From Candidatus Versatilivorator sp. (GTDB lineage: Bacteria > Acidobacteriota > Terriglobia > Versatilivoradales > Versatilivoraceae): DNA of 64,000 bases. Below are positions 39,972 to 49,565 of this stretch, one piece after another; the first letter of the stretch is position 1, and the number at the start of each line of letters is the position of its first letter. The translations under genes were made by a program, and so were the position numbers. Location: positions 2,176,001-2,240,000 of the forward strand of contig OZ242296.1 of NCBI GenBank assembly GCA_965207735.1, given 5' to 3'. Below the pieces are notes generated by a model. The model saw nothing but the letters and a program-made list of their open reading frames with translations, was not told the origin of the DNA and searched no databases.

Positions 39972-40935
39972 GGTTGGCCTCCCCAGGCGCCGGATGCAAC
40001 TTCTTGACCACACGGCGGCTGCGCCTCCCTCCGGCGTCGCCCTCAACCCGCTCGGAAAAGACCACCCCGTCCCCGCCGATCTCCAGGACCTTGCCGTCGA
40101 ACAGGCGGTCTCCCTTCTTCAGCAGAAAGGAGCGGTCCCGACGGCCGGTGGCCAGGGCCGTGTATTCACCTCCGGCCACAACCAGCCCCACCAGCTTCAG
40201 TTCCGATACCCGTTGGCCCTTCAAGCCGCGCGGCCTGACGGCGGCAGGGGCGGCGGGAGGAAGGGGCGTGGAAGACCGCGGGACGCCGAAGGGATCGCGC
40301 CGCCCTCGGGCCCGATAGGGGTAGGCGTTCTGCCCTGCAGGGGGCGCGGGATCGGCGGGGACCTCGACGGCAGAGGCGGCCGGCCGGTAGCGATGGAGAA
40401 CGGCAGTGAGGTCGGCGGTGAGGGTGTGGCGAGAATCCTCCGGGCCGGCAGCCGCGATCCGCAGGTCCTCCAGGCTCACGATGGGGGCCAGCCCGGCCAG
40501 CTTGCCACAGAAGCCTCCCAGGTCGTGGTAAGCGCCGGCCAGCACCAGCCCGTGGGGTTCCCGGAAGAAAGTTTCTCCCTCCTGTGCGGGCTTCTTTCGA
40601 ATCCCCTTGACCTTCAATCCGGACGCCGCTGCCGCTTCCTGCAGATGCCCCAGCAGGCCCATCGCCTCCTCCTCCGGCAGGGCCGCCTCGAGACTTGCCA
40701 GCTTCGAGGCCAGCCTCCGGTTCCGGCCGGACCGCTCCTGGAGCTGCCGCTCCAGCCCTGCTCCCTGCCCCGCCTCCCGGCTCAACGTTTCCAACTGCCG
40801 CCGGCGCAGCTCGATTTCAGCTCCGTACCCGGAGACGAACAGATACCAGCCCAGTCCCAGGACCAGTCCACCCATGCCCAAGGGAATTCCCAGGCGCTGC
40901 AGCCAAGGAGGGATGTGGGTAGTTGTGAGGGTCAT
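39961..40935 (-). CDS. pilO: PilO-PilP fusion protein
   Basis: TM and coiled coil, GAYHDLGGF..LAPIV (PilO); RRDPF and ELKLVGLV..GD (PilP) in one frame. Confidence 0.75.
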   Translation of the reverse strand: MTLTTTHIPPWLQRLGIPLGMGGLVLGLGWYLFVSGYGAEIELRRRQLETLSREAGQGAGLERQLQERSGRNRRLASKLASLEAALPEEEAMGLLGHLQEAAAASGLKVKGIRKKPAQEGETFFREPHGLVLAGAYHDLGGFCGKLAGLAPIVSLEDLRIAAAGPEDSRHTLTADLTAVLHRYRPAASAVEVPADPAPPAGQNAYPYRARGRRDPFGVPRSSTPLPPAAPAAVRPRGLKGQRVSELKLVGLVVAGGEYTALATGRRDRSFLLKKGDRLFDGKVLEIGGDGVVFSERVEGDAGGRRSRRVVKKLHPAPGEANHAN

Positions 40936-41050
40936 GGAATCAGGTGTCCCCGGGCTGTTCTGGTTGACGCCCGAGGGTTTGCTGTCGCCGCCTTCGAGGC
41001 TCGGCCGGCGTCGCTGATTTTGACTTACGGGACAGCGAGTTTCTCCCTAC

Positions 41051-41740
41051 CGGCTCAACTGCGGGCTGGGCCCTCTCGCGACGCCGAGTTTGCCCCCCTC
41101 CGGCTCGACTGCGGGCGGAGCACTTTCGCGACGCCGAGTATGCCCCCCTCCGGCTCGACTGCGGGCGGAGCACTTTCGCGACGCCGAGTATGCCCCCCTC
41201 CGGCTCGACTGCGGGCTCCGCCCTCTCGCCGACTCCCCCTCAAGGGGGGAGTGATACTTGAGGCTTGCAGGGGGCGCCTTGCCCGATTCCTGGGCGGGAT
41301 GTAAACCATGTTCCCGGTCTAAAGTGTAAACGCCGTTCCCGGTTAGTACCCGGTATCACTCCCCCCTTGAGGGGGAGTCGCAGAAGTCGAGCCGAATGGC
41401 GAAGGCTGATGCGGTGGGGGGCCAGACGCCGGCGCAGCTTTGGGGCAACGCGTGCCCTTGAAGCAGGTCCGTCTCGCTTTGTGGCTCTGCGAGCACTGCC
41501 GATCGTCACTTACGGAACGCCGAGTCTGCCTCCCTCCGGATCGACTGCGGGCGGAGCACTTTCGCGACGCCGAGTATGCCCCCCTCCGGCTCGACTGCGG
41601 GCTCCGCCCTCTCGCCGACTCCCCCTCAAGGGGGGAGTGATACTTGAGGCTTGCAGGGGGCGCCTTGCCCGATTCCTGGGCGGGATGTAAACCATGTTCC
41701 CGGTCTAAAGTGTAAACGCCGTTCCCGGTTAGTACCCGGT
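41051..41740 (-). repeat. Family A array with 50-bp subrepeats
   Basis: 386-bp period (41240 vs 41626); CGGCTCGACTGCGGGC (or 1-nt variant) at 41051, 41101, 41151, 41201. Confidence 0.92.
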
Positions 41741-42153
41741 ATCACTCCCCCCTTGAGGGGGAGTCGCAGAAGTCGAGCCGAATGGCGAAGGCTGATGCGG
41801 TGGGGGTCAACCAACGCCTGGTACACTGTCTCCAGAACATCCATGCAGCTCTGAAACACCTCGTTGTTCCAAAAGCGCAATATTCTGTACCCCTTGCCCC
41901 GCAAATAATCATCGCGCTTCTCGTCGTAGGCGTGCCGTTCCCCATGCTGGCCGCCGTCCAGCTCGATCACCAACTTTCGGGACATGCAGGCGAAATCTAC
42001 GATGTAGGGACCTATCGGTTGCTGGCGCCGGAACTTGTAGCCGGCCAGTTGTTTCCTGCTCAGATAGTGCCACAGCAGGCCTTCTGCGTCGGTCTGTTCT
42101 TGGCGCAGAGTCTTTGCTCTTTCAAGTGTTTGCCGGGTGTAGGCGCGCATCAT
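41626..42153 (-). CDS. DUF559 (Vsr-like PD-(D/E)XK) endonuclease
   Basis: LRQEQTDAE.LLW..L, KFRRQQPIGPYIVDF, LVIELDGGQH, D..RD, GYRILRFWNNEV; C-terminus reads into the repeat. Confidence 0.92.
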   Translation of the reverse strand: MMRAYTRQTLERAKTLRQEQTDAEGLLWHYLSRKQLAGYKFRRQQPIGPYIVDFACMSRKLVIELDGGQHGERHAYDEKRDDYLRGKGYRILRFWNNEVFQSCMDVLETVYQALVDPHRISLRHSARLLRLPLKGGVIPGTNRERRLHFRPGTWFTSRPGIGQGAPCKPQVSLPP

Positions 42154-42311
42154 TCCCCCCACCTGTTGGTAGTCACTCTCGCGACGCCGCGTCTGCCCCC
42201 CTCCGGATCGACCGCGGGCTTCGCACTCTAGCGACGCCGAGTTTGCCCCCCTCCGGATCGACTGCGGGCTGCGCCCTTGTCTCTCCGACTCCCCCTCAAG
42301 GGGGGAGTGAT
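41741..42311 (-). mobile_element. Putative autonomous family A element (end - DUF559 - end), 571 bp
   Basis: 26-bp inverted termini ATCACTCCCCCCTTGAGGGGGAGTCG bracket the nuclease gene; mobility is inferred. Confidence 0.6.
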
Positions 42312-42329
42312 TATTTCGTCCGATCTTCT

Positions 42330-42953
42330 TCATTTCCGGTCTCCGGTTCGACCCGATGCTTCTTCCGAGCCCTTGCCGGGTTGGTCGACAACGGCCTCCT
42401 CGAGGGAAAGGGCAAAGGCATACTGGCCGTCCTGCTCCTGGAAGTGGACCAGCTCCACTCGATGGAATTCGCCGGTGCGCTGCAAGCGGGCGATGAATTC
42501 CGAGACCCGCTCGGATTGGGCCGAGACCAGCCCGCGGAGCGAGAAGGACCCGTCCTTCCGGCTCACTTCCTGCAAGCGCAGCCCCGGAACGGCCTGGACG
42601 CAGTCTCCCAGCAGATCCAGCAGCCTGGCTGGACGCGCCTGGCGGGCCCGGAGCTGCTCTATGGCCCGGATGCGCCCCTCCATCCACAGGCCCTGCTGCT
42701 CCAGTTGCCGGATCTCCCGGGACAGGTCCAGTTGGCGCTGCCTCTGCCCGCGCACCTGCTGGATTTGCGCCTCCAGCCGTTGGCCGCGGGCCGCCTGTTC
42801 CATGCGCCAACTCAGGAGGATCGACGCCGCGCCCAGCATCATCCCCAGGGACAGCAGCCGCTGAAAGGCGCGACCGCGGCCGGCCCGGCCCATCCACCCC
42901 GGCGGTTCCGACCGCCCGGCCCCCCATTCTCCCGCCAGGTTGATCCTAATCAT
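42330..42953 (-). CDS. pilN: Type IV pilus assembly protein PilN
   Basis: MIRINL motif, TM, coiled coil; follows pilM. Confidence 0.85.
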   Translation of the reverse strand: MIRINLAGEWGAGRSEPPGWMGRAGRGRAFQRLLSLGMMLGAASILLSWRMEQAARGQRLEAQIQQVRGQRQRQLDLSREIRQLEQQGLWMEGRIRAIEQLRARQARPARLLDLLGDCVQAVPGLRLQEVSRKDGSFSLRGLVSAQSERVSEFIARLQRTGEFHRVELVHFQEQDGQYAFALSLEEAVVDQPGKGSEEASGRTGDRK

Positions 42954-43998
42954 GGAAACCCCTCAGAGCCAGGCCCACCGCCACCGCCAGGCTGGGCGCC
43001 TGCTGGTAGAGGCTCTCCTCGTTCACGCCCTTCCCGACGGCAATGCTCTTGAAGGGGTCCAGGGGTTCCAGGGGAAGATCGAGCCCGCTCTGCAGCCGGT
43101 CGAACAGCCCCGCCAGGCCTGAGCATCCGCCGCTCACATAGACCCGCTGTATGGATTCGCCCTCGGCCCCGGCCTCGAACAGGTCCAGGCTCTTGCGAAT
43201 CTCCAGCAGCAGGGTCTCCATGACCGAATGGAGAAGAGCGCCGGCCGGCCCCGCTTCCAGGGCTTCCACCCCGCTTTCCCTCTTCATCCTCTCGGCTTCC
43301 TCGAAACCGATCCGGAGCTGCTTTTGCAGCAGTCCGGTCAACTGGTTTCCACCGGCCGACAGGTCTCGGGTGAACAGAGGGACGCCGCCCCGCGTCACCA
43401 CCACGTTGGTGACGGCGGCGCCGATATGGAGCAGGGCGGCCGTGACCGCGGAGCCGGCGCCATAGTTGGCCTCGTAGGCGTTCTGCAGGGCGAAACCGTC
43501 CACGTCCACGATCAGGGGAGAGAGGCCGGCCCTGGCGATGGCCCCCAGTCGGCTCGCAACCCTCTCCTTGTGGGCCGCCACCAGCAGGACCTGGGTGTCT
43601 CCCCCGGCGGCGGCCTCTCCCAGAACCTGATGGTCCAGGTGCACGTCCGACAGATCGAAGGGGATCACCTGCCGGGCCTCCCACTGGATGGATTCCTCCA
43701 GTTCCTCCGGGCTCATGGCCGGCAGGGTGAGCTTCTTGACGATCACCGAATGACCCGAAACCGAGGTGGCCACCTTCCTGGCCCTGATCCGGCTTCGACT
43801 GAAGACCCTGCGGATGGCTTCAGCCACCGAGTCCGGGTCCCCGATGGCGCCTTCGGCCACTGCCCCCGGCGCCAGGGGCTCGACTCCGGCGCGAACCAGC
43901 TCGAAACCGGCCCGGACACGGCGCAGCTCCACCGCCTTGACGGTGCTGGATCCCAGGTCCAGCCCCGCCAGAATGTCGCCTCCGGAGAACAGACCCAT
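42946..43998 (-). CDS. pilM: Type IV pilus assembly protein PilM
   Basis: GLDLGSSTVKAVEL, IPFDLSDV.LD, VDVDGFAL.N, SGG, AVAVGLALRG. Confidence 0.93.
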   Translation of the reverse strand: MGLFSGGDILAGLDLGSSTVKAVELRRVRAGFELVRAGVEPLAPGAVAEGAIGDPDSVAEAIRRVFSRSRIRARKVATSVSGHSVIVKKLTLPAMSPEELEESIQWEARQVIPFDLSDVHLDHQVLGEAAAGGDTQVLLVAAHKERVASRLGAIARAGLSPLIVDVDGFALQNAYEANYGAGSAVTAALLHIGAAVTNVVVTRGGVPLFTRDLSAGGNQLTGLLQKQLRIGFEEAERMKRESGVEALEAGPAGALLHSVMETLLLEIRKSLDLFEAGAEGESIQRVYVSGGCSGLAGLFDRLQSGLDLPLEPLDPFKSIAVGKGVNEESLYQQAPSLAVAVGLALRGFHD

Positions 43999-44167
43999 CC
44001 GTAAGCTCCCGCATACCGAAGTGGAGAGGGAACAAGGAGGGAGAACAAGGCAGATTCCGGCGCCCTGGGAAAATCAATCGGGGGACCGCTGGCCGACCCG
44101 TCACGGTCTGAAAAACCGAACGGGCCGACCTCAGAGGGAGATGCAGCGGGAGGGAGTAAACAGGAAA

Positions 44168-44196
44168 ATCTTAAGGCGAAAGGGGGCCGCTGTCAA
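44168..44196 (-). promoter_or_regulatory. Putative sigma70 promoter of pilM operon
   Basis: Minus strand TTGACA-17 nt-TAAGAT. Confidence 0.65.
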
Positions 44197-44346
44197 GCCG
44201 GATCGACTCGGGATTGACTCCGCGCACACCCCTTTCATGCCCGGCTTTTCGTGATAGAATATCCCAGTGAGTCGTCAACACCCGAACCCCCTAACTTGTC
44301 TGATCTCCCTCTCAGAAGGTTCGTCACCGTGAAAGGAGCATCGACA

Positions 44347-44589
44347 ATGAATATCAGCCCGGAACTGATTGCCATCGGCATTCTTGGCGTGGCCTTGGTC
44401 AGCCTTGGTTGGAAAGTCTCAACGGACATCCGACAGGAGTTGAAACAAGAAATCCACTATGTCCGAGAAGATGTGGCCGTACTTGGCGATCGCATCGGCG
44501 GCCTGGAACAGCGCATGGCCCGATTGGAAGGCTGGATAGAGGGTCGCTTTACCGAGGAATTGGAGTTGAAGGCCAAGCCCGCCAAGTAG
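44347..44589 (+). CDS. Small membrane-anchored coiled-coil protein (80 aa)
   Basis: AAAGGAG RBS, N-terminal TM, heptad tail ending RMARLEG; TGATAGAAT extended -10 upstream. Confidence 0.75.
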   Translation: MNISPELIAIGILGVALVSLGWKVSTDIRQELKQEIHYVREDVAVLGDRIGGLEQRMARLEGWIEGRFTEELELKAKPAK

Positions 44590-44624
44590 CGGCAACTTGA
44601 TGTCACTACCTATGCGGCTTCCGC

Positions 44625-44655
44625 AATCCCCGGGCCGGGCTCGGGGATTTTTTTT
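44625..44655 (+). terminator. Rho-independent terminator
   Basis: AATCCCCGGGC-CGG-GCTCGGGGATT hairpin followed by a T run. Confidence 0.8.
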
Positions 44656-44725
44656 GTCATGCGCAGCCTGCGCGACCTGTAGAGGTTTGGGGAAGAACCC
44701 GGAAGCGGCGGCAAAAGCCAAGCCG

Positions 44726-46078
44726 CTACCGCGCCCCGATGCGGCGGAGGGCCCGGGTGGCTTCCGACACCACCTCGGGGTCGTTGTCCTTCAGCAGGGG
44801 TCGCAGGCTTCTGGCGGAGGCACTGTCCCCGATCATGCCCAGCACCAGGCAGAGTCTCCTGCGGATCACCGGATTGCTGTCATTCAAGTATTTCACCAGA
44901 TCCGGAGACACCCGGGTTTTCAACTCGAGCAGGTAGGCCAAAGCCTGTTGATGGATGAGCCGCTCCTTGAGAGCCGCCACCATCTGGTCGAGGTACTCCT
45001 TGCGCCCCAGGTTGTAGAGGGCAAAGCTCATGGCCAGCCGGGGGGCGGGCTTCTTCTCGGCCAGAAAGGCCCTCGACACATCCCCGGCCACCGAAGCATC
45101 TCCCGCCCGGCCAATGCCCTCGGCGGCGAACTGGCGGTACTTGGGACCCCCGTCGCTCAGGTGGCGCCGAAACACGGGCAGGGAGCCGGGGTCGCCGATG
45201 AGCGCCATGGCCTCCAGGCAATTCAGCCGGACGTCGCGGCCGGGATTCTGATCGTAGAGCGTCTGCAACTGGGGCAGGGCCTCCAGGCTCTTGAAGAGTC
45301 CCAGGGTCAGGATGGCCTCGTTGCGAACCTTCTTGTTGGTATTCAGAAGATAGGGCTGAATCTCCCCGGCCACCGAGCGGTCCCTGATCTTGTAGAACGA
45401 CCGCAGGATGGCGATTTGCAGGTTGGGCTCGGCGCCGTTCATCCCCTCCACCATCTTGGGAATCGCCGCCTTTCCCCGCAACACCCCCAAGGCGTTGACC
45501 GCGTAGAAGCGCACCTCTCTATTGGAGTCCCGCAGGCGCTCGGCGATGCCGTCGATGACGGCAGGAGCCACCTTCACGTCGGGCTCGATGACGGTGTCAT
45601 CGCTGGGCACCGGGCCGCTGAAGGGGTTCAGACGCGCGTAGAGGCGCTTGGCCTGACGGGTCAGGAAGAAGCTGGCGTCCTGCTCGGTATAGAGGTTGAC
45701 CAGAGCGATGATGGCCTCCCGGCGAACCTCGGGCACTCCATCCTCGAGAACGGTCAACAGCATGGTGACGGCGCCGGGGTCCCGGATCATACCCAGGGAC
45801 TTGGCGACCGCGCGGCGAACCTCGGGGTCCTTGTCGCCCACCGCTCCCAGCAGCAGGGGGGTGGCCTCCCGGCTGAGCGTCTCGCCCAGCTCCCCGGCCG
45901 CCTTCCTGCGGTCGCCGGCCTTCTTGCTTTTCAGCTTGTCCCGCAGCTCCTCGATGGAATCCCCCCTGGCCTCGGGAACCAGCGGAGTTGCGGCGGGGCT
46001 CAGGAGGAGCAACCCACTGGCCAGGCCGACCAGCAGGATTCGGGAGGCCTCTTTTCTCGCCCTGAATGAAACGCTCAT
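44726..46078 (-). CDS. Secreted HEAT-repeat protein
   Basis: Signal peptide; repeated D..PEVRR.A..LG.I.D units. Confidence 0.85.
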   Translation of the reverse strand: MSVSFRARKEASRILLVGLASGLLLLSPAATPLVPEARGDSIEELRDKLKSKKAGDRRKAAGELGETLSREATPLLLGAVGDKDPEVRRAVAKSLGMIRDPGAVTMLLTVLEDGVPEVRREAIIALVNLYTEQDASFFLTRQAKRLYARLNPFSGPVPSDDTVIEPDVKVAPAVIDGIAERLRDSNREVRFYAVNALGVLRGKAAIPKMVEGMNGAEPNLQIAILRSFYKIRDRSVAGEIQPYLLNTNKKVRNEAILTLGLFKSLEALPQLQTLYDQNPGRDVRLNCLEAMALIGDPGSLPVFRRHLSDGGPKYRQFAAEGIGRAGDASVAGDVSRAFLAEKKPAPRLAMSFALYNLGRKEYLDQMVAALKERLIHQQALAYLLELKTRVSPDLVKYLNDSNPVIRRRLCLVLGMIGDSASARSLRPLLKDNDPEVVSEATRALRRIGAR

Positions 46079-46153
46079 GCTTGCCTCTTTTCTGACTCTG
46101 ACCGATCCAATCCGGGATGGGGCCGCGCCCTTGCAGCCACGGCGGCCTCGAGC

Positions 46154-46669
46154 TCATTGTCCCACATTCCCGCGGTCGGGTACAGGCCCGGCGCGGGGTC
46201 GGCTCTCCAGGAACAGGGTCAGGTAGAGCCCCAACCCCAGGCCGGCCGGCCCGCCGGTAGCGACCCGCGACCAGAGGGTGCTGTTCCAGGCTCCCACCAG
46301 GTCCAGGCCGGCGTCCAGGCCCGTGAGCAGCAGCGGCCCCAGCAACAGGGCCCGGCGGCCCAGCAACCAGGCGGCATGGCCGCGCGCCAGGGGCGCCAGC
46401 AGCACTCCCAGCAACCCGCCCAGGTAGAGGGACAGGCAGCGGTTGCACACCGGCAGGAAGACGCCCGCCAGGCTCAGGGAACGCTGAGGGTCCTGGTGGC
46501 AGAGGTGGGAAAAGACGTACCGGACCGATAGGGCCGCCGCGGCCTCACCCTGGAGGACCAGCCAGGGAGACAGCAGGATGGCGGCGCAGCAGATCCCCGA
46601 ACCCGCCAGCAGCACCAGCCAGGGCCAGCGGCGGCGGGAGGGATGGCGGAGGATGGCGGTCTGGTTCAT
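46154..46669 (-). CDS. DUF2085 membrane protein
   Basis: CHQDPQRS, PVCNRC..LYLG, R..TG motifs. Confidence 0.8.
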   Translation of the reverse strand: MNQTAILRHPSRRRWPWLVLLAGSGICCAAILLSPWLVLQGEAAAALSVRYVFSHLCHQDPQRSLSLAGVFLPVCNRCLSLYLGGLLGVLLAPLARGHAAWLLGRRALLLGPLLLTGLDAGLDLVGAWNSTLWSRVATGGPAGLGLGLYLTLFLESRPRAGPVPDRGNVGQ

Positions 46670-46744
46670 GAGGAAGTGACACCCGGGAACGCGGGCGGGA
46701 CGCCCGCCCTAGCGCACTGCGCCACCGACGCAACGCTCAATCTC

Positions 46745-47570
46745 ACTTACGGGACGCCGCGTCTGCCCCCCTCCGGCTCGACTGCGGGCTCCGCCCTCTC
46801 GCCGACTCCCCCTCAAGGGGGGAGTGATACTCGAGGCCTGCATGGGGCGCCTTGCCGGATTCCCGGGTAGGGTGTAAACCATGTTCCCGGTTTAATGCAT
46901 CAACTCCGTTCCCTCTTCATAACACGGGATCACTCCCCCCTTGAGGGGGAGTCGCAGAAGTCGAGCCGAATGGCGAAGGCTGATGCGGTGGGGGGCGGTC
47001 GCCGGCGCGGCTTTGGGGCAACGCGTGCCGTTGAAGCAGGTCCGTCTCGCTTTGTGGCTCTGCGAGTACTGCCGATTGCCGCTTACGGGACGCCGAGTCT
47101 GCCCCCCTCCGGCTCGACTGCGGGCTCCGCCCTCTCGCCGACTCCCCCTCAAGGGGGGAGTGATACTCGAGGCCTGCATGGGGCGCCTTGCCGGATTCCC
47201 GGGTAGGGTGTAAACCATGTTCCCGGTTTAATGCATCAACTCCGTTCCCTCTTCATAACACGGGATCACTCCCCCCTTGAGGGGGAGTCGCAGAAGTCGA
47301 GCCGAATGGCGAAGGCTGATGCGGTGGGGGGCGGTCGCCGGCGCGGCTTTGGGGCAACGCGTGCCGTTGAAGCAGGTCCGTCTCGCTTTGTGGCTCTGCG
47401 AGTACTGCCGATCGTCACTTTCGGGACGCCGAGTCTGCCCCCTCCGGCTCGACTGCGGGCTCCGCCCTCTCGCCGACTCCCCCTCAAGGGGGGAGTGATA
47501 CTCGAGGCTTGCATGGGGCGCCTTGCCCGATTCGCGGGCGGGGTGTAAACCATGTTTCCGGGTTAATGTG
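46745..47570 (-). repeat. Tandem array of family A, 336-bp period
   Basis: Units offset by 336 nt (46895 vs 47231); a family B REP lies just upstream (about 46682-46710). Confidence 0.95.
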
Positions 47571-47586
47571 TGGACGATGCCCCCCC

Positions 47587-48792
47587 TCACGACTCCGGGA
47601 GCGGCGGCAGGTCGCAGCGGCGGGGCTTGTCGGTGCGGAAGCCCAGGGCGTAGTCGGCCTGCATGAGCGTGTGGATCTCCCGGGTGCCCTCGTAGATCAC
47701 GGCTCCCTTGCAGTTGCGGTAGTAGCGGCCCACCGGATACTCGTCCGAGAAGCCGTTGGCGCCGTGGATCTGCACCGCGTCCGAGGCGGCCCGCTCCGAG
47801 GCCACGGTGGCGTGCCACTTGGCCAGCGAGGTCTCTCGGTTGTTGCGCCGCCCCTGGTTCTTGAGCCAGCCGCAGCGAAGCCACAGCAACCGGGAGCTCT
47901 CGTAGTCCCGCACCATCCCGGCGATCATCTCCTTGACCAGTTGGTGGCGGGCGATGGGCTCATCGAAGGTACGCCTCCCCAGGGCGTACTTCCTGCTGGC
48001 GTCCAGGCAGGCTCGAATCAGTCCGGTGGCCCCGGCCGCCACCGTGTAGCGTCCCTGCTCCAGGGCGAACATGGCGATCTTGAACCCTTCGCCCTCCTTT
48101 CCCAGCCGGTTGGCGGCCGGGACCCGCACGTCCTGCAGGCTGAAGTAGCCGGTATTCCCCGCCCGGATGCCCCACTTTTGATGGTGGGTCCCGCTGGAAA
48201 ACCCCTTCATGGAGCGCTCCACCAGGAAGGCGCTGAGGCCGCGGTGGTCCCGGCTTTCCCTCTTGTCGGGATTGGTCCAGGCAAACACCAGGAAGTGGTC
48301 GGCCACGTCGGCCAGCGAGATCCAGGTCTTTTCGCCGTTGAGGATGTAGTGGGTGCCGTCGCGCCGGGCGGTGCTGCGGATTCCCAACACGTCGCTGCCG
48401 GCGTCGGGCTCGGTCAGGCCGAAGGTGGCGATCTTCTCCCCCCGGGCCTGGGGCTTCAGCCAGCGCTCCTTCTGGGCTTCGCTGCCCCAGCTCAGCAGGG
48501 TGAGGCCGTGCAGCGCCAGGTGCACCGAGAGGATGACCCGCAGGGAGGTGTCTCCGTATTCGAGCTCCTCGCAGGCCAGCCCCAGGCTGATGTAGTCGAA
48601 GTCGAAGCCGCCGTGGCGGGAGGGGATGCAGAGTCCCAGCAGGCCCAGCCTGGCCATCCTGGGCAGCAGGGATCGGTCGAAGCGGCCTTCGGAGTCGTTG
48701 CGGCCGATGTCGGGAAGCACCTCCCGGGACACGAACTGCCGCACCAGCTCCTGCACGCTCAGGTGGACCTCAGACAGATCGAAGCCGATCAT
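47587..48792 (-). CDS. Acyl-CoA dehydrogenase family protein
   Basis: FGLTEPDAGSD, LNGEKTWIS, QIHGANG, IYEGT. Confidence 0.93.
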   Translation of the reverse strand: MIGFDLSEVHLSVQELVRQFVSREVLPDIGRNDSEGRFDRSLLPRMARLGLLGLCIPSRHGGFDFDYISLGLACEELEYGDTSLRVILSVHLALHGLTLLSWGSEAQKERWLKPQARGEKIATFGLTEPDAGSDVLGIRSTARRDGTHYILNGEKTWISLADVADHFLVFAWTNPDKRESRDHRGLSAFLVERSMKGFSSGTHHQKWGIRAGNTGYFSLQDVRVPAANRLGKEGEGFKIAMFALEQGRYTVAAGATGLIRACLDASRKYALGRRTFDEPIARHQLVKEMIAGMVRDYESSRLLWLRCGWLKNQGRRNNRETSLAKWHATVASERAASDAVQIHGANGFSDEYPVGRYYRNCKGAVIYEGTREIHTLMQADYALGFRTDKPRRCDLPPLPES

Positions 48793-48868
48793 GCCACTCC
48801 CCCAAACCGTCCCTGCCGCCCGAACCCGCAAGGCTCCGGCCGCAAGGGGACCATGCCTGCCGGACCGA

Positions 48869-49303
48869 TCAGGAATGCAGGGACCGGAGGTAGGCCGACA
48901 GGACCACCACAACCAATCCCAGGACCAGGCCCCAGGTCAGCAGGCGGCTTCGCGGGGAGAGCGGGTCGGAACCGGGCGAGCGCCCGGCAAGAGCCGCGAT
49001 GACCAGCGCCAGGACCGCCAGCGCCAGCACCACCTTGGCCAGGAAGACCTCCAGGTTGGGCGCCAGGGCGGTCCTCCAGTCCAGGTGGGTGTTGTAGAGA
49101 CCCGAAATCAGGGTCCCGGCGATCCCGCCGTGGACCAGCATCTTGAGGCGAATCTTGAGGCTCAGAAAGAAGTTCCGCCGGCTCTCGGTGCTCTGCGCGG
49201 CCAGGGCAGGCCGCAGCACCAGCACCATGAAGGCGGCCGATCCGATCAGGACGGCTACCGAAGACAGGTGCAGCCAGCGCATCAGCAGGTTCAACCACTC
49301 CAT
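48869..49303 (-). CDS. Four-TM membrane protein (CopD-like)
   Basis: RWLHL, ISGLYN, K..LA motifs; AAAGGAGAGG RBS. Confidence 0.7.
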   Translation of the reverse strand: MEWLNLLMRWLHLSSVAVLIGSAAFMVLVLRPALAAQSTESRRNFFLSLKIRLKMLVHGGIAGTLISGLYNTHLDWRTALAPNLEVFLAKVVLALAVLALVIAALAGRSPGSDPLSPRSRLLTWGLVLGLVVVVLSAYLRSLHS

Positions 49304-49565
49304 GGACCCCTCTCCTTTGGCCGGGTTGGAAGGCGCCGGAAGGCCAACAGGCAGGCCCGCCGCGTCCTGCCAGCCATGGTACCACAACTCGGAGCCCCCT
49401 CATGGACGACGATTCTCCTAGCCCGACCGGCGAAGCGGCGGCCCGGTCGGCGACGCCGCCCCGGGGGAAAGTACTTGTTTGGAGGGAATGACTCTGGTAC
49501 TAGTAAGGGTTTCGCCCTGGAAGGGATCCCGCCTGTCAGACCGGACGGCGGCGGATGGAAGCGAC

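Noticed and set aside
41626-42927. 433-aa ORF as one protein
   Set aside because: The N-terminal part overlaps pilN in another frame and crosses the repeat end; only the DUF559 part from 42153 is credible.
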